Of a stretch of DNA of 64,000 bases, positions 1 to 13,976 are shown in pieces. The DNA is from Octopus sinensis. Its lineage: Eukaryota. The translations under genes and the position numbers were made by a program. Numbering within the stretch: position 1 is the first letter of the stretch; every line of letters starts with the position of its first letter. Location of the stretch: assembly GCF_006345805.1 (NCBI RefSeq), contig NC_042999.1:18290001-18354000 (forward strand), written 5' to 3'. The notes under the pieces were generated by a model. The model was not told the DNA's origin and did no database searches. It saw only the letters and a list, made by a program, of their open reading frames with translations.

Positions 1-43
1 CATCAATTATTGCCATGTCTACTATATCTTTTATATCTTTATA

Positions 44-447
44 TCTTTTACTTGTTTCAGTCATTTGACTGCGGCCTTGCTGGAGCACCGCCTTTAGTCG
101 AGCAAATCGACCCCTGGACTTATTCTTTGTAAGCCCAGTACTTATTCTATCGGTCTCTTTTACCGAACCGCTAAGTGACAGGGACGTAAACACACCAGCA
201 TCGGTTGTCAAGCAATGCTAGGGGGACAAACACAGACACACAAACACACACATACATATTTTTATATATATATACATATATACAACAGGATTCTTTCTGT
301 TTCCGTCTACCAAATCCACTCACAAGGCAGTGGTCGGCCCGGGGCTATAGCAGAAGACACTTGTCCAAGATGCCACGCAGTGGGACTGAACCCGGAACCA
401 TGTGGTTGGTTAGCAAGCTACTTACCACACAGCCACTCCTGCGCCTA
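44..447 (-). mobile_element. tRNA-derived SINE family A, full-length copy
   Basis: Minus strand begins TAGGCGCAGGAGTGGCTGTGTGG (A box) ... GGTTCAGTCCC (B box), has an internal (CA/TA)n tract and ends ...GCAGTCAAATGACTGAAACAAGTAAAAG. About 10 near-identical copies occur in the window. Confidence 0.9.
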
Positions 448-1257
448 TATATTTGTTTTACGATCCAATAAACAATTTTCATCAGAAAACCTTCACAGGG
501 TTGACGATGAACCAGAGTAAATCGAAATGAATCTAGATCAGACAAATTTGACGTCAACTTCCATGCTTCCCGATCTGTCCTAATTACCGTTATCGATTTC
601 TTCATTTATCATTTTTTGAAGCATGTGGAAGATTGAAATAGAATATAACTAGAATACTTACTCAAAATAGTGAGATTATAGGAACCGTCCTTTCCCGTGT
701 TATTCCCGAAAGTTTTTAACAAAATATCATATTTCCAAAAAATATTCAGGCAGTGATTATTTCAAGAGAAAACATGGTTCAACTTAGCAGCTGATGGCTA
801 TAAACTAGTAATTCTGAATAATGTTAATCTCAGCCTTATATATTGGAATGTTAAGTAAGTTCACTTCCGAACTAACTCACTCTCTGAGAGCCTCAGTTCA
901 AATCGCACGTGCCTCGAATGGGCTGGAGTATTTCTATTTTGGATGTATTTGGGGTACTTAATTGTGCCCATGACTTAGTATTTGCTTCTTCCATGGGTAT
1001 GAGTAAGTATCTCATTTATTTCTTTTGCCACATGTATCACTGACAAAGAGAGGGCTCTTAGTAGCTAACTCTGAAATCGGTCCGATATGGTAATAATGGA
1101 ATTCTTTAGAAATTTCTGTCGACCTTTTTTCGAGTAGCGTGCGTATTGTGAAAAGATTATATGGTTAATGGACAATATGTCCAATTTTTCGGCATATTTG
1201 GCATTAGAAATTTTTTCCTTTGCCCTCATTTATGTATTGTGTCTATTTATATATATA

Positions 1258-1414
1258 TACGACTGGTTTCTCATCTACCAAATCCATTCATCAGACATTA
1301 GCCCGCCCGAGGCTGTAGTAGAAGACACTTGCTCAAGGTGCCATGCAGTAGGATTGAACCTAGAACCACGTGGTTGGGAAGCAAGCTTCTTACCGCACTA
1401 TCACTGCTGCACCT
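1258..1414 (-). mobile_element. SINE family A, diverged 5' fragment
   Basis: Aligns to the 5' half of family A (CTACCAAATCC...GAAGACACTTGC...GAACC...GCAAGC). Confidence 0.75.
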
Positions 1415-2566
1415 ACGTTTGTCTAATAGCGTACATTTCTCTCGTATAATAAGCTTAATCGAAATTTGACATAAATTTATAATACAATGTAAAGCATTTT
1501 CCAGGATATTTATTATATTTATATTCTTTATTATAATATTAATATTTTTTTACGAATGTAATTCATTCTTTTCTTAAGATTTTTCTCAAGTAAGCGATTT
1601 TATCATCAACCAGCATCTGCTTTAGTATATTTTTTTTTTATTTCTAAATGAAAATACCGAAGAGAATTAAAGTATTTACATATGTATTAGAGGAGAAAAG
1701 AATGCTTACTGTGCAATGAATAATAGGAAGAAACTGAAGGAATCAAGGACAGAAATAATAGAACACAGTGATTGTAAGTATTTTTAATAATACTTTGTAT
1801 GTTAGTAGTTTTCGAAAATGAACGAAACTGATTCCATGTGATATTAATATAAAATCGGATATAAATATCAGCAAATTACAATTTCCAATTCTTTACTACT
1901 TTACAGTAATGTACGGTGTACCAGAAATGCTCAAAATTACTATAGCAATTTGAATAATCCTACTCGTGTTTGCATTTATCAGACCACATCACATTTATCT
2001 TTATGAAAATATATTGTTTTGCAAAGTAAATTTATATTCATTTGCTACTTCATTCCTTCCGCATAACTTGGGGTAGAGTCGGGCAGGACAAAAAGACTAG
2101 AAATTACTCAAAGTACGTCTGAGTTATCAGCCTTATGGGAGTAATAATAATAGCAACCAATATTAGCCTGAATATATTTTGCGAAGATAAATCATTCTTT
2201 AAAAAATGATTTATGATTAATCAAGAATAATACAGCAAAAAATTGCATTATAAAAAATGGACGGAAGATACAAACATTAAAATAGTGAAGCAATTAAATT
2301 ATTTAGAGCGACAAACAAAATCGCTAATCAAATTAATTCGTGCGTTCAAAAACGATGGAATCTAACGGAAAAACTATTTGCAATCATGAGACATTCTTAA
2401 TTCATTAAATCAAAACCAAAATAACAACACATCTTTTTCTTTTATTTATCCAATATAAGATTTTTATACAATTGTATGAGTGTGTGAATATATCTATAAA
2501 AAGACAAACATATATATATATTTATATATATATATATCTATAAAAAGACAAACATATATATATATT

Positions 2567-2655
<89 letters not shown>

Positions 2656-4400
2656 TGTGTGTGTACATCATACATATGCGTGTTTTATTTGTCGTGTTAA
2701 ATGACAACCCATTAACAACTTTATTGTGTGAATATAATGGCTCAAATTGTCTGATACATTCACAGAACGGATATCAAATTTTTTTTATAAGGAAATGTAA
2801 TGTTTGTGTGACCTATGTATTGATTTCCTGAACACTTTTATTAAAAAAAATATATCTATTCCATTGTAGCACAACAGTTCTTGAAATGCTTCAAACTGTA
2901 TCGCAGATCGTCTTATTTTCCATTGAAATATCCTGTAAAACAAGTTGGATAGAAATAATTCATATACGAAACTGTTTAAAGTTTGAAAATCACGATACGT
3001 GTAAGTTACTACTGATGTATATAACAGTAATATTTTAATATTAACCTAAATCCTCCGAAAAATTGCTTGATAAATTTCAGTCATACATTCAGCAGTTGTC
3101 TCCTTAACTTGTGAACTACAAATATGTCGTGTACCACAACTTTTAGCAAATTATTGAGATATAATTCTTAGTACCTGACAAGGACTATTTTATATCTCGC
3201 TCTTTTTTTTTCGCGCTACATCTGACAGTGTTAGTGTAGTAATTTCGATTACCTTTGAGATATTTCTGCAAAATTGCCTGTCAAATCCATTCATTTAGGC
3301 GTCAGTTGAAAGTTGATGAGTAACAACATAACGAGTTGATATTGAATTTACAATTATATTTCAATTTGGTATTTAGTCATACTTGCAATTTCTAAAACAA
3401 AACTTTTATGCTACTTCTGTTTTTGTTTCTTTTTCGTTTTAGAAATGTGAAAATAACTTTAACGCCTTCCAAATAATTCTGCGTTGTCACATTATTATCT
3501 CTACTTCTTCACAATGCATTGCTTCTAGGGATTGGCCATAAATACTCTCGTCAATATTTCTAAGCTATTAGTTTTGAAAATACATTATATCTAAAAAAAA
3601 TAAACATTTAAAATCTTGAAGCGTTAAAGCAAACTTTTCGATCTTTGTTTTATACCTTCTCTAAATCACATTCAGAATAAGATTCATAATATCATATAAT
3701 TTTGACTATTTATAATCAATATTTTCGTGAACGAAAACATTGATGACGTTATAAGTCGTTTTACGAACAGTCCAGTTCCTGTTAACATAAATATTCATGA
3801 CCTTTACAGACCTTGAAACCTTGAGGATCATAAAACATGTTAGCTTACTATTTTGTGATTATAATAATCCTAAAGGTTTTCTAATATATATATATTCACA
3901 GATATATAGAATTGATACTTAATGTCCTTGACTTTCGATGAGTGAGACAATTTATATTACGTTTAAACGAAAACACCTCAAATATAGACATATAACAGAA
4001 CTGCTAAATACTGTCTCACATCATAACGAAGATTTCGTACAATACCGGATGGCTAAATTGCCATTTTTATATCTTAATATCGGGCACCACCAGTACGAAA
4101 ATTTTCATTTTAACCTTCTCTATGAAATATGGGTCATGCTGCACTTCAATTATATTACAAATGTTAAGTTGGAATTCGTGAAAAATGAATACATTTCGAA
4201 AATTTTTATAGTTTGATCAAATACAACACGAAGATTAAATTTTATTGCTTAATAAAAAAATATGTGTCTCTAAATTTGAAATTTGTCTACATTTAATAAC
4301 ATATTTATGTACACATCCCTTACACGAACTATGTTTACTAGCGTTACAACTGGAGTTAAAATAAGTGGTCGATTACCCTCAGTCATAAATATTAACATTC

Positions 4401-4637
4401 TTTACTCTGTTTTACTTGTTTCAGTCATTTGATTGTGGCCATCTTTGAGCACCGCCTTTAGTCGAGCAAATCGAGCCCAGGATTTATTCTTTGTAAGCCT
4501 AGTACTTATTGTATCGGTCTCTTTTGCAAAACCGCTAGGTTAAGGGGACGCAAACACACCAGCATCGTTTATCTAGTGATGCTGGGGGTACAAACACATG
4601 CACGCACACATACACACACTCACACACACACACACAA

Positions 4638-4716
<79 letters not shown>

Positions 4717-4887
4717 CAAATACGATGGCCTTATTTCAGTTTCTGTATACCAAATCCACTCACACGACTTTTGTCGGCCCGAGGTTATAGTAGAAGACAT
4801 TTTCTGAAGGTGCCACGCAGTGGGACTGAACCCGGAACCATGTGGTTCGTAAGCAAACGATGTACCACACAGCCACTCCTACGCCTA
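4401..4887 (-). mobile_element. SINE family A, full-length copy
   Basis: Same head, body and tail as 44-447, with an expanded internal (TA)n. Confidence 0.9.
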
Positions 4888-4888
4888 T

Positions 4889-5295
4889 ATTCATATCCAC
4901 CTTATTGCTTGGATCTTATGTCTATTAACTCTCTGTTGAATATATATTCTCTGTATATCTGCGCGACGTGGAGAAACTTGAACTGCAATTGAGCTTTTAC
5001 TGGTATGGAAAGTACTTTACATTATAAAGACACATTTTCCCTATACTCTATAAGTTTGACAGACCTTTTAGTTAATTAAAAGTATTCTTTAATAGTGTAA
5101 TAACATTGTAATTTATTATCCATTCCTTTTAATATTTCTCCTTATGACACATCGTTCCAATTGCTAATACGTAACGCGGTTTAGAATATTCTACATTAAA
5201 TGTGTATTCGAATACCTTGAAAATATTCGATTTTTAGTTCTGAGATTTAGATAAACGAATTACATAAACAATTGCAGGATTTTCTTCTGTTGATT
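4889..5295. repeat. Low-copy segment with an inverted paralog at 21415-21825
   Basis: The reverse complement aligns along its length with 21415-21825 (e.g. TTATCTAAATCTCAGAACTAAAA, GATGTGTCATAAGGAGAAATAT, CAACAGAGAGTTAATAGA); roughly 85% identity by eye. Confidence 0.8.
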
Positions 5296-6244
5296 TGTAA
5301 TTAATATCGCATACATCAGATAACGTATCTATCGAATTTATCTTATAATTGGCTGCAGTTTCTATAGAACGGTGGTACAAAAATGATAATTCCCTTTGCA
5401 TGGTTTCAAAAGTTATTATCCCTACTATAACTTCAAAAGTTATTCCATTTAACATCGCTTATAATTTATCGGTTTTTCATTGACAGAGTATATACTGACA
5501 CGTAAATGCGCAATTCATCTACAATATTCAAGAAGTATGTTAGCTGCAATATTTTATGCCAATATATATTTTTTTATAAATGATATTACATTAACGTGTT
5601 GTATTTCCTCGTATATGGATTCACCCAAATTATAGTTTCATTATGCTGCATATGAAGGTTAAAAACGCAGGATAGCTACAAAAAGATTTTGTCTTACAGC
5701 GTTCTCCGTCATTTCTTAGCTTATGTGTCCTGAATCTGAAATAAATATTATAAATTGTCATTTATATATATAGGTAAAATCAAATGCTGGTAACTTTTAC
5801 GATGCTAGATTTTTACTTTCTAAAACTTTATCCAAGTTGATATTTTATTAAACGCTAGAAAGTTATCATCACTTCATATATAACTAAAGCAAGTTTTGGA
5901 ATAAGTGAGCAATGTTAAAACATTCCATACAATTTTCAGAATCTTAACTAAAAGCAAATTGAAATATGGCGTAAAGTAAAATGAATCCTAGTGAATAAGT
6001 TTCCGCAAACGTCAGTGATGCTGTACACTAATGTCAGTTACGGACCACTTTTTGCCAAAAAGGAGATAAAATCGGAATAATTGGACATTGGTAATTGAAA
6101 GTTAATAAAAACATAGGAAAGAAATCTGTGGTAGTTTGTTCTCTCAAATCATTTTTTACTCGTTCCTACATAATTCACAATCCTTATTTCTCTCTATTTA
6201 TATGAATGCTTTAAGTAAATCAGACTTTTTTTACTATCTGAAAA

Positions 6245-6595
6245 AGATCCCATGTCATAACCAGAAGGATAATAAGCTTTAAAAATCATGAATCCACCAC
6301 TATATGAACCAGTCCCGAGGGAGATCAAAGAGGAAAAGGATCCCATCAAATTTAAACGGAGTCTGAATACCAGATAAGCCACCCATAATTGGATACAACT
6401 CGCCCAACAAAAACTCACTACTTGAACAAAACTTGAAACAACTCACCCAACAAGAACTCACTACTTGAACAAAACTTGACTTAAACAGAACTTGACTTAA
6501 ACAGGATTCGAATAATCCTATCAGGTGGTGCTATTAAGTTAGACATGGCCTGGACCAATCTTTGGTCGAAACATATCTAAGTTGTATCTAAGTTT
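6245..6595 (+). mobile_element. CR1/L2-group LINE, 3' end fragment
   Basis: Frameshifted translation EIKEEKDPIKFKRSL / IPDKPPIIGYNSPNKNSLLE resembles the extreme C-terminus of CR1/L2-group ORF2. A short 3' UTR follows, ending in repeated ATCTAAGT. The clade assignment is from memory. Confidence 0.5.
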
Positions 6596-6667
6596 TAATG
6601 CCTGACATGTAATGGGGGAATGTGATAGCAGAAAACAGCCTTTGATCAATCTCTGTCCAATAACTAA

Positions 6668-6815
6668 TGTCTCACTGAACTACAATTGAACAAATATGAA
6701 GCTGTTACTTATTCTCATTTGAGATTTATGCGGATGTAAAAGCAATAAACTTAACAAGTATATGCATTCGCTTACGTAACTGCAAACACACTTGCATACA
6801 GACAGTATTATACCT
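6668..6815. repeat. ~150-bp direct duplicate of 8162-8304
   Basis: Shared GAACTACAA.TGAAC..ATATGAAGCTGTTACTTATTCTCATTTGAGA.TTATGCGGA ... GCAAACACACTTGCATACA. Confidence 0.8.
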
Positions 6816-6887
6816 ATATGTGTTTGAGTGCTTGCATGTATGTGTCTATAGGTATGTATGTATGCATGTGTGTATCTATCTACCGAT

Positions 6888-6950
<63 letters not shown>

Positions 6951-7684
6951 AATATATACATATATATTCCTTAGTATGTGTATGTCATATAAATATATAC
7001 ATTGATATATATATATATATATATATTTTGTATGCTATATATATTATATATACACACATAAATCTTTATCTTTGTATGTCTATACACATATATATATATA
7101 TATACATACATACATACATACATACACACACATGCACACACACACACACAGACACACACATATATATATGTATGTATATATATGTATGCATACATACAAA
7201 TATTGACAGATAGATAAATATTCCGAACCAAGTTTAATTTGCCCCTATTAACCTTTCTTGTAATATCTATAAATATTAGCCTCTTCTATTGTTGTGAACA
7301 TAACTGAAGTCAATCAGCTTAATAATGTTTTCAAATTAATTTGATAGGAACAAATCTCTGTCTGGACGTAGCAAAACGAAATAAAATATACATAAATTTA
7401 TGAATCTATTTGTTAAAAATGGAAATGCGTTAAGAGTATACGTAAAATGACCCGAAATTATTATCGTAATACATTCCTGCTTTAATCAATAGAATAATTT
7501 GCATTTTCATCTGGTCTTTGAACATCGCGATATTGGTCGTTGAAATTAAAATATGCTTTATGTACATTTGCATTCCTTTAACAAACTACTTGTCTGAAAT
7601 GGATTGTTTTAGTAATTTTTCAATAAGTAGTTCAAAGTTTTGTTTTCTTATCTAACAGACCTAAATGGGATTTTGCATTGACAA

Positions 7685-8090
7685 CTCTCTTTCTCTTTTA
7701 CTTGTTTCAGTCTTTTGACTGCGGCCATGCTGGAGCACCGCCTTTAGTCGAGCAAATCGACCCCGAGACTTATTCTTTGTAAGCCCAGTACTTATTCTAT
7801 CGGTCTTTTTTGCCGAACCGATAAGTGACGGGGACGTAAACACACCAGCATCGGTCGTCAAGCAATGCTAGTGGGACAAACACAGACACACAAACATACG
7901 CACACACATACATATATATATATACATATATACGACGGGCTTATTTCAGTTTCCGTCTACCAAATCCACTCACAAGGCTTTGGTCGGCCCGGGGCTATAG
8001 CAGAGGACACTTGCCCAAGATGCCACGCAGTGGGACTGAACCCGGAACCATGTGGTTGGTTAGCAAGCTACTTACCACACAGCCACTCCT
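7685..8090 (-). mobile_element. SINE family A, full-length copy
   Basis: Near-identical to 44-447. Confidence 0.9.
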
Positions 8091-8924
8091 AATTCATATG
8101 CATGCTTGCTGAGAAGGTCAACGTCCTTTATAATGCAAAGAATATACAAACTAACCTTTCTTGTCTCGTTGAACTACAACTGAACACATATGAAGCTGTT
8201 ACTTATTCTCATTTGAGAATTATGCGGACGTAAAAACATAAACTTCACAAGTAATCGCTTACATAAATGCAAACACACTTGCATACATACATGACGATAC
8301 CTACGCTTTCAATGTGTATTACGATGATAAAGCACGCAAGATGAGTATGAGTATATTAAATTATGTTTCTAACTTTCTCAAAATTGTCATAGAGAAAAAT
8401 AATTTTTAGTGTCTTTATAATTTTGTTGTTCCAACAGTTAATTGTAACGAAGCAATTATTGTTAATCGATATCATAATTATTGCCTTTAATTCCTACACG
8501 GAAAATATTGCTTGATGTAGTAGTACATCATTAAAAGTTTACCACATGACACAAAAATATTAAGAAAGGAATAATCACACCTATTAAATGCTTGCTTTGT
8601 GTTTTCTGTTCCTGATAATAATAAAGGAAATATTGGTCTTCGTTGTCTTGGAAATCAGTCACTTAACACACACACACACACACTCACAGACGATCACACA
8701 CACACATACACAAGTATATGTACATACAATGTATGACGATATAACAGTTATTCCGAGCCAAATTGCAAAGCTATGAACGAAAGATTCACAACACCAAAGG
8801 CACGAGACGAAGCTGATTTCAACTGTTAAATATTTCAAAGTATTTGAATAAATTCATATACACGTTATTAATGTCATTTACATTTGTGCATTTATTCTAA
8901 TCAAATATTGTATTCCATATTATA

Positions 8925-8991
8925 TGATATACATATATACATACATATATATATATATATACATTACATATACATAATATATATATATACA

Positions 8992-9050
<59 letters not shown>

Positions 9051-9110
9051 TTATATATATATATATATATAATATTATATATATATATATATAATATATA
9101 TAATATATAT

Positions 9111-9207
<97 letters not shown>

Positions 9208-9271
9208 TATATATATATATATATACAATATATATATATATATAATATATATATATATATATAAATATTAT

Positions 9272-9309
<38 letters not shown>

Positions 9310-9378
9310 ATATATATATAAATATTATATATATATAATATATAAATATTATATATATATATATATATAATATATATA

Positions 9379-9461
<83 letters not shown>

Positions 9462-9585
9462 TATATATATAAATATTATATATATATATATATATACAAT
9501 ATATATATATATATATTATATATATATATATATAAATATTATATATATATATATATATACTTATATATATATATATATATTTACA
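8925..9585. repeat. Long (TA)n microsatellite, ~650 bp; one of many such tracts
   Basis: Visible directly. Other long tracts at about 10986-11080, 13865-13928, 18877-18960, 20937-21105, 32645-32845, 33945-34020, 34425-34540, 39890-40245, 45440-45745 and 51060-51370. Confidence 0.95.
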
Positions 9586-10814
9586 CACACACATACATAA
9601 ATATATACATATATATGAGTGTGTGTTTGTTTGTTTGTGTGTATTCAATGCTTATTCGTGCTGTCTTCCAATCTATAGACATCAAAACGGCTTCAGAATG
9701 AGACTTTGAGATAGGTTTTCAAAAATGAAAGTATATAGTAACACATTCGAAATTTCATCCTTATACATACCAGTTGAATTTGATATTTGCTCATTTTTTT
9801 TACTTTTATATACCAACACGTAACTTAAGTTCTGCACTAGTTTACTGTATTTCAAAACCCACTCAATATCTGATAATTATGTTTTTCTAGACGTAGGTCC
9901 CGTCTTCTTGCCAAATAGGAACGAAAAATTTCTGATTGTATTACATAACGAATTGAATCCTGATTTTTATTGGACTAGTTATATGTCGAATCTGGTATTA
10001 CCAAGTAATGTTGTTGTTTATTACTTGACTGAGAAGTTTTCATTTTCATGACTCAGACGAGTATATTATTCAAAACTATGGAAGTAAATCGGTTTAAAGC
10101 ATTAAAATCCTCGTTAAAATCTGCCGCCTTTCAAATAAATATGGCGTTCTAAATATATAACTCCTACACTTTTGTATCATAAAACTTCCCTGTGTGAATA
10201 TCACTAATTAGGTAATTGGAAATTTGAGAAAACTTTTATAGACGACATATAATGAAATTATATATCATTTCTGCTGTAATTTTTCCTTTTCCACACAAAC
10301 TGAAAGTCAAACTGATAGTCATTTATAGCAGAAACATAAAGAAAGAAAACTCAAGCGTAAAGGAAGCCGCATAGTTAAATACAGTTGATATTTATCACTG
10401 CAAGAACTGAATGAAAATCCAAGAATGTTTGTATATAAGAAACGTTCTTTATTTAAAATCTCTACTAAAATATTATCAAGACGTGCGTAATTATTAATAA
10501 AAAAATCTTGGCTGCGGTTCGAAACAAGCCTTCCAGGTAGTGCGGAGTGTCACAGTTATGAGAAAGGCGATAAGACCAAAATATAATTATGTCAAAAAGT
10601 TACTGCAGTAACGTAAATTTCATAACATTTGTTGTGCTATATAAAAATGCACTATAAATGAATCCTAGTTGCTATAGTTCTGCTCAATTGTTATGTACTC
10701 TTAATCGTAAATATATCATAGCGCACAAATTTCCACTGCTACTACATATGAAAAGGTGTGCGCAAACTATTTTGGAAAGTTTCATTTCATCAACAATGCT
10801 TTTCGATAGCTAGC

Positions 10815-10982
10815 CACTACACATTCTTTATTTTCTCTTCTCGTTTCTTTCTGCGTTCCTTTGTGTGGAAGAGCGTAGGTTCGAAACGTTAAAGACTTTC
10901 TCACTTCCCGAGCGTTATATTAATACATCTGTTTTTTGTCTACACCACCTGTCTTTGTCTTTTATGTTTTTGTGGATTCTCC
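10815..10982 (+). mobile_element. PLE-pLTR-like repeat with a degenerate hammerhead-like motif (family also at 13228-13420 and 51372-51670)
   Basis: CTTT-GTGTGGA-A-GAGC-GTAG-GTTC-GAAAC-GTT-AAAG at 10859-10894; the flanks align with the two minus-strand copies. Confidence 0.55.
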
Positions 10983-11083
<101 letters not shown>

Positions 11084-11135
11084 GATTCGTTTGGTTTCGT
11101 TTCGTTTCTTCGTCTTCTCTAAGCTGGTTTATATA

Positions 11136-11546
11136 TATATAATATTAGGAATATTATTCCAAACATACAAGGAAAAATTCAATTTAGTAATACTAAATCA
11201 AATTTCACAATATATAATATATGTATGTAAATTAGAGAAGAATCACCATGAAGCAATTCAACAAATATATACTTAAATCATACCATATAGAAAAAAAATT
11301 AAAGATACGATAATACATTTACCTAAACTAAATAAAGTACTAAATAGTAAGTAAATAGCATATAATTAGTATATAATATAATAAATAAATAGTATATAAT
11401 TAATTACTATTTATTCATTATTTAGTACTTTATTTAGTTTTAGGTAAATGTTTTATCGTATTTTTTATCTTTTTGTATATGGTATGATTTAATTATATCA
11501 TTGTTGAATTGTTTCATGGTGGTTCTTCTCTAATTTATATACATGT
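11136..11546. repeat. Diverged fold-back element (arms 11221-11358 / 11407-11546)
   Basis: The arms are reverse complements at roughly 80% identity. The leader 11136-11186 resembles the reverse complement of 33495-33545. Confidence 0.75.
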
Positions 11547-12435
11547 ATTATATTTTATATTTATGTTTTCCAGTTTCAGCTCTTGAGCTGTGGCCATGCT
11601 GGGGCACCGCCATATATATATATATATATATTGTAGTTTCCTTACAACTTAAATAACACAAATCAAAACATGCCGAACTTTAGATGATACTGCAAGTAAA
11701 GTTGTAACTTAAAATGCTATCATTATTCTGAGAAGATGCAATATTTTAGGACGGAATGTCAGATTATAAACGGCAGGATTTCAATGGCTGAATATGGTGA
11801 AAGAGAAAGCGATATCACAAGGGACTGTTCTGAGAAAGGAACACTACGAAAGGAAGTAGTAAGAAAGGATGAAAATATCGAGATTGTAGGGGAAGGAAAA
11901 GAACAGAGACACAGTGAGAGTGTGGGAGAAAGCGGAAAATTACTATAATGCATTGGAGGCAAGCATATTAAAATATCCACGAAATGCTGTGCGTCTTATG
12001 GTAATAGTCAAACAGTGCAAAGTATAAGGAAAACAGTGACGAATTCGCCTGAGAATTTTCAACATACAGAACGCACACCTGCTCATCTTTTCTATTTACT
12101 GAGTGTATAGCAGGTAACACTGCGGTGCAGTATAATCGATCCAAATAACGAGAGGCTGTTGCATAAGCATTACGTCTCTCCTGGTTATCAAATAACACGT
12201 TAATGCATTTGGACATTAATAATAATTCCACTCGAAAACCATCCTTATATAACGTGGACTTAGAAGCTAATTTCGGCATTTTGCATTTGGAGATAAATAG
12301 GCAAATATTAGGAACGTAATTATATTATCCTATAAATCGGTATTAGATAAATTCCGACGTTACGCAGAAATATCCTGCTCCTATTTCAGCCTGGAGAGTT
12401 AATTTTTGCAAATATCACTTCAATTTACCAATCAG

Positions 12436-12819
12436 TGCAGGAGTGGCTGCGTGGTAAGTAGCTTGCTTACAAACCATATGGTTCCGGGTTCAATCACACT
12501 GCTTGGCAATCTGAGCAACTGTTTTCTACTATAGCCTCGAGTCGACCAAAATCTTGTGAGGGGATTTGGTAGACGGAACTGAAAGAAGCCCGTCGGATAC
12601 ATACATACATACACACACACACACACGCACATATATATATATGTTACTGTGCCTGTGTTTGCCCCCCCCCCCACCAACATCGCTTGACAACCGATGCTGG
12701 TGTGTCTACTTCCCCATAACTTAGCGGTTCGGCAAAAGAGACCGAATAAGTACTAGGCTTACAATGAATAAGTCCTGGGGGCGCATTTCTCGACTGAAAC
12801 AAATATAAGAATAAAAGAG
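12436..12819 (+). mobile_element. SINE family A copy with a deletion in the tail
   Basis: GCAGGAGTGGCTGCGTGGTAAG head and GGTTCAATCAC B box; the tail jumps from CTCGACT to GAAACAA. Confidence 0.85.
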
Positions 12820-13163
12820 TGCAAAGCTAAATTTAGATAGGTACCCTTCGATATCTATTACTTTATTGAGGTTATTGGGACGCTTCGTTAACCGCATGAT
12901 ATTTGTCATAATCCAAAAAGAAAATAAAAATAAAATTGATATGCAGGAGAAAATATGTTAAGATATAGAGTCTAATGTGTCTCTAATGAAGCAGCAAATG
13001 ATTAATAATAATTAACAGATATCGCACGCTGAATATATATGCAGAAAACATATATATTATTAAGATAGTTTGTCCATCCGTCTTCTCCACCTACTCAGTA
13101 CATGTGCATAAACATATCTGTACACACACACACACATAAACACACATACACACACACAAACAA

Positions 13164-13222
<59 letters not shown>

Positions 13223-13227
13223 TATAT

Positions 13228-13420
13228 AGTTGAAATTTACTGAAAATCAAAGCACGGAGTCAGGTGTATAAACAACAAACAGGTGTATTTGTTTAACGCT
13301 CAGGAAGGTGGGAAAGTCTTTTACATTTCGATCCTACGGTCTTCAACAGAAAGGAACACGAGGAAATAAATAGAGAAACAATGAAAAAAGTTTTGGAGCT
13401 AGCGGTCAATCATGGCGGCT
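13228..13420 (-). mobile_element. PLE-pLTR-like repeat with a variant hammerhead (CUGUUGA core)
   Basis: Minus strand CTTT-CTGTTGA-A-GACC-GTAG-GATC-GAAAT-GTA-AAAG at 13318-13353. Confidence 0.55.
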
Positions 13421-13830
13421 GGCTATGTTTGTGTATGCGTATATTTCTTCCGAATGCTACTGTTGCGTTTAGAGCTCTAGGTAGATTATCATCACCCACT
13501 TCCCTTGGATAAAGTGGTTAACCTAATACTATATTTAGTAAAATCCAGCTTATTATATACAGAAATATAAAAGAACTTACGACAAACACAAGATTGATGT
13601 TAACAATTTTTGCTAAGTACGTTTCATGTTGTTTTCTGTTTCCTATTTCCTATTTCTACAATGCAGGCTTTGGCACTCTTTGACAACGTTCAGTAATGTG
13701 TTCGCCAATGATACGTCGTCTATAAGCACGCACGCACACACGCACACACACATACACACACACACACACACAACACACACACACATACACACACAATCAC
13801 ACATACATATACGCGCATGTACATACGTAT

Positions 13831-13907
<77 letters not shown>

Positions 13908-13976
13908 ATATATAATATATATATATATCCATGCAAGCATGTATGTTTTAATATCTGTATTCTCTCCCTACACCAC

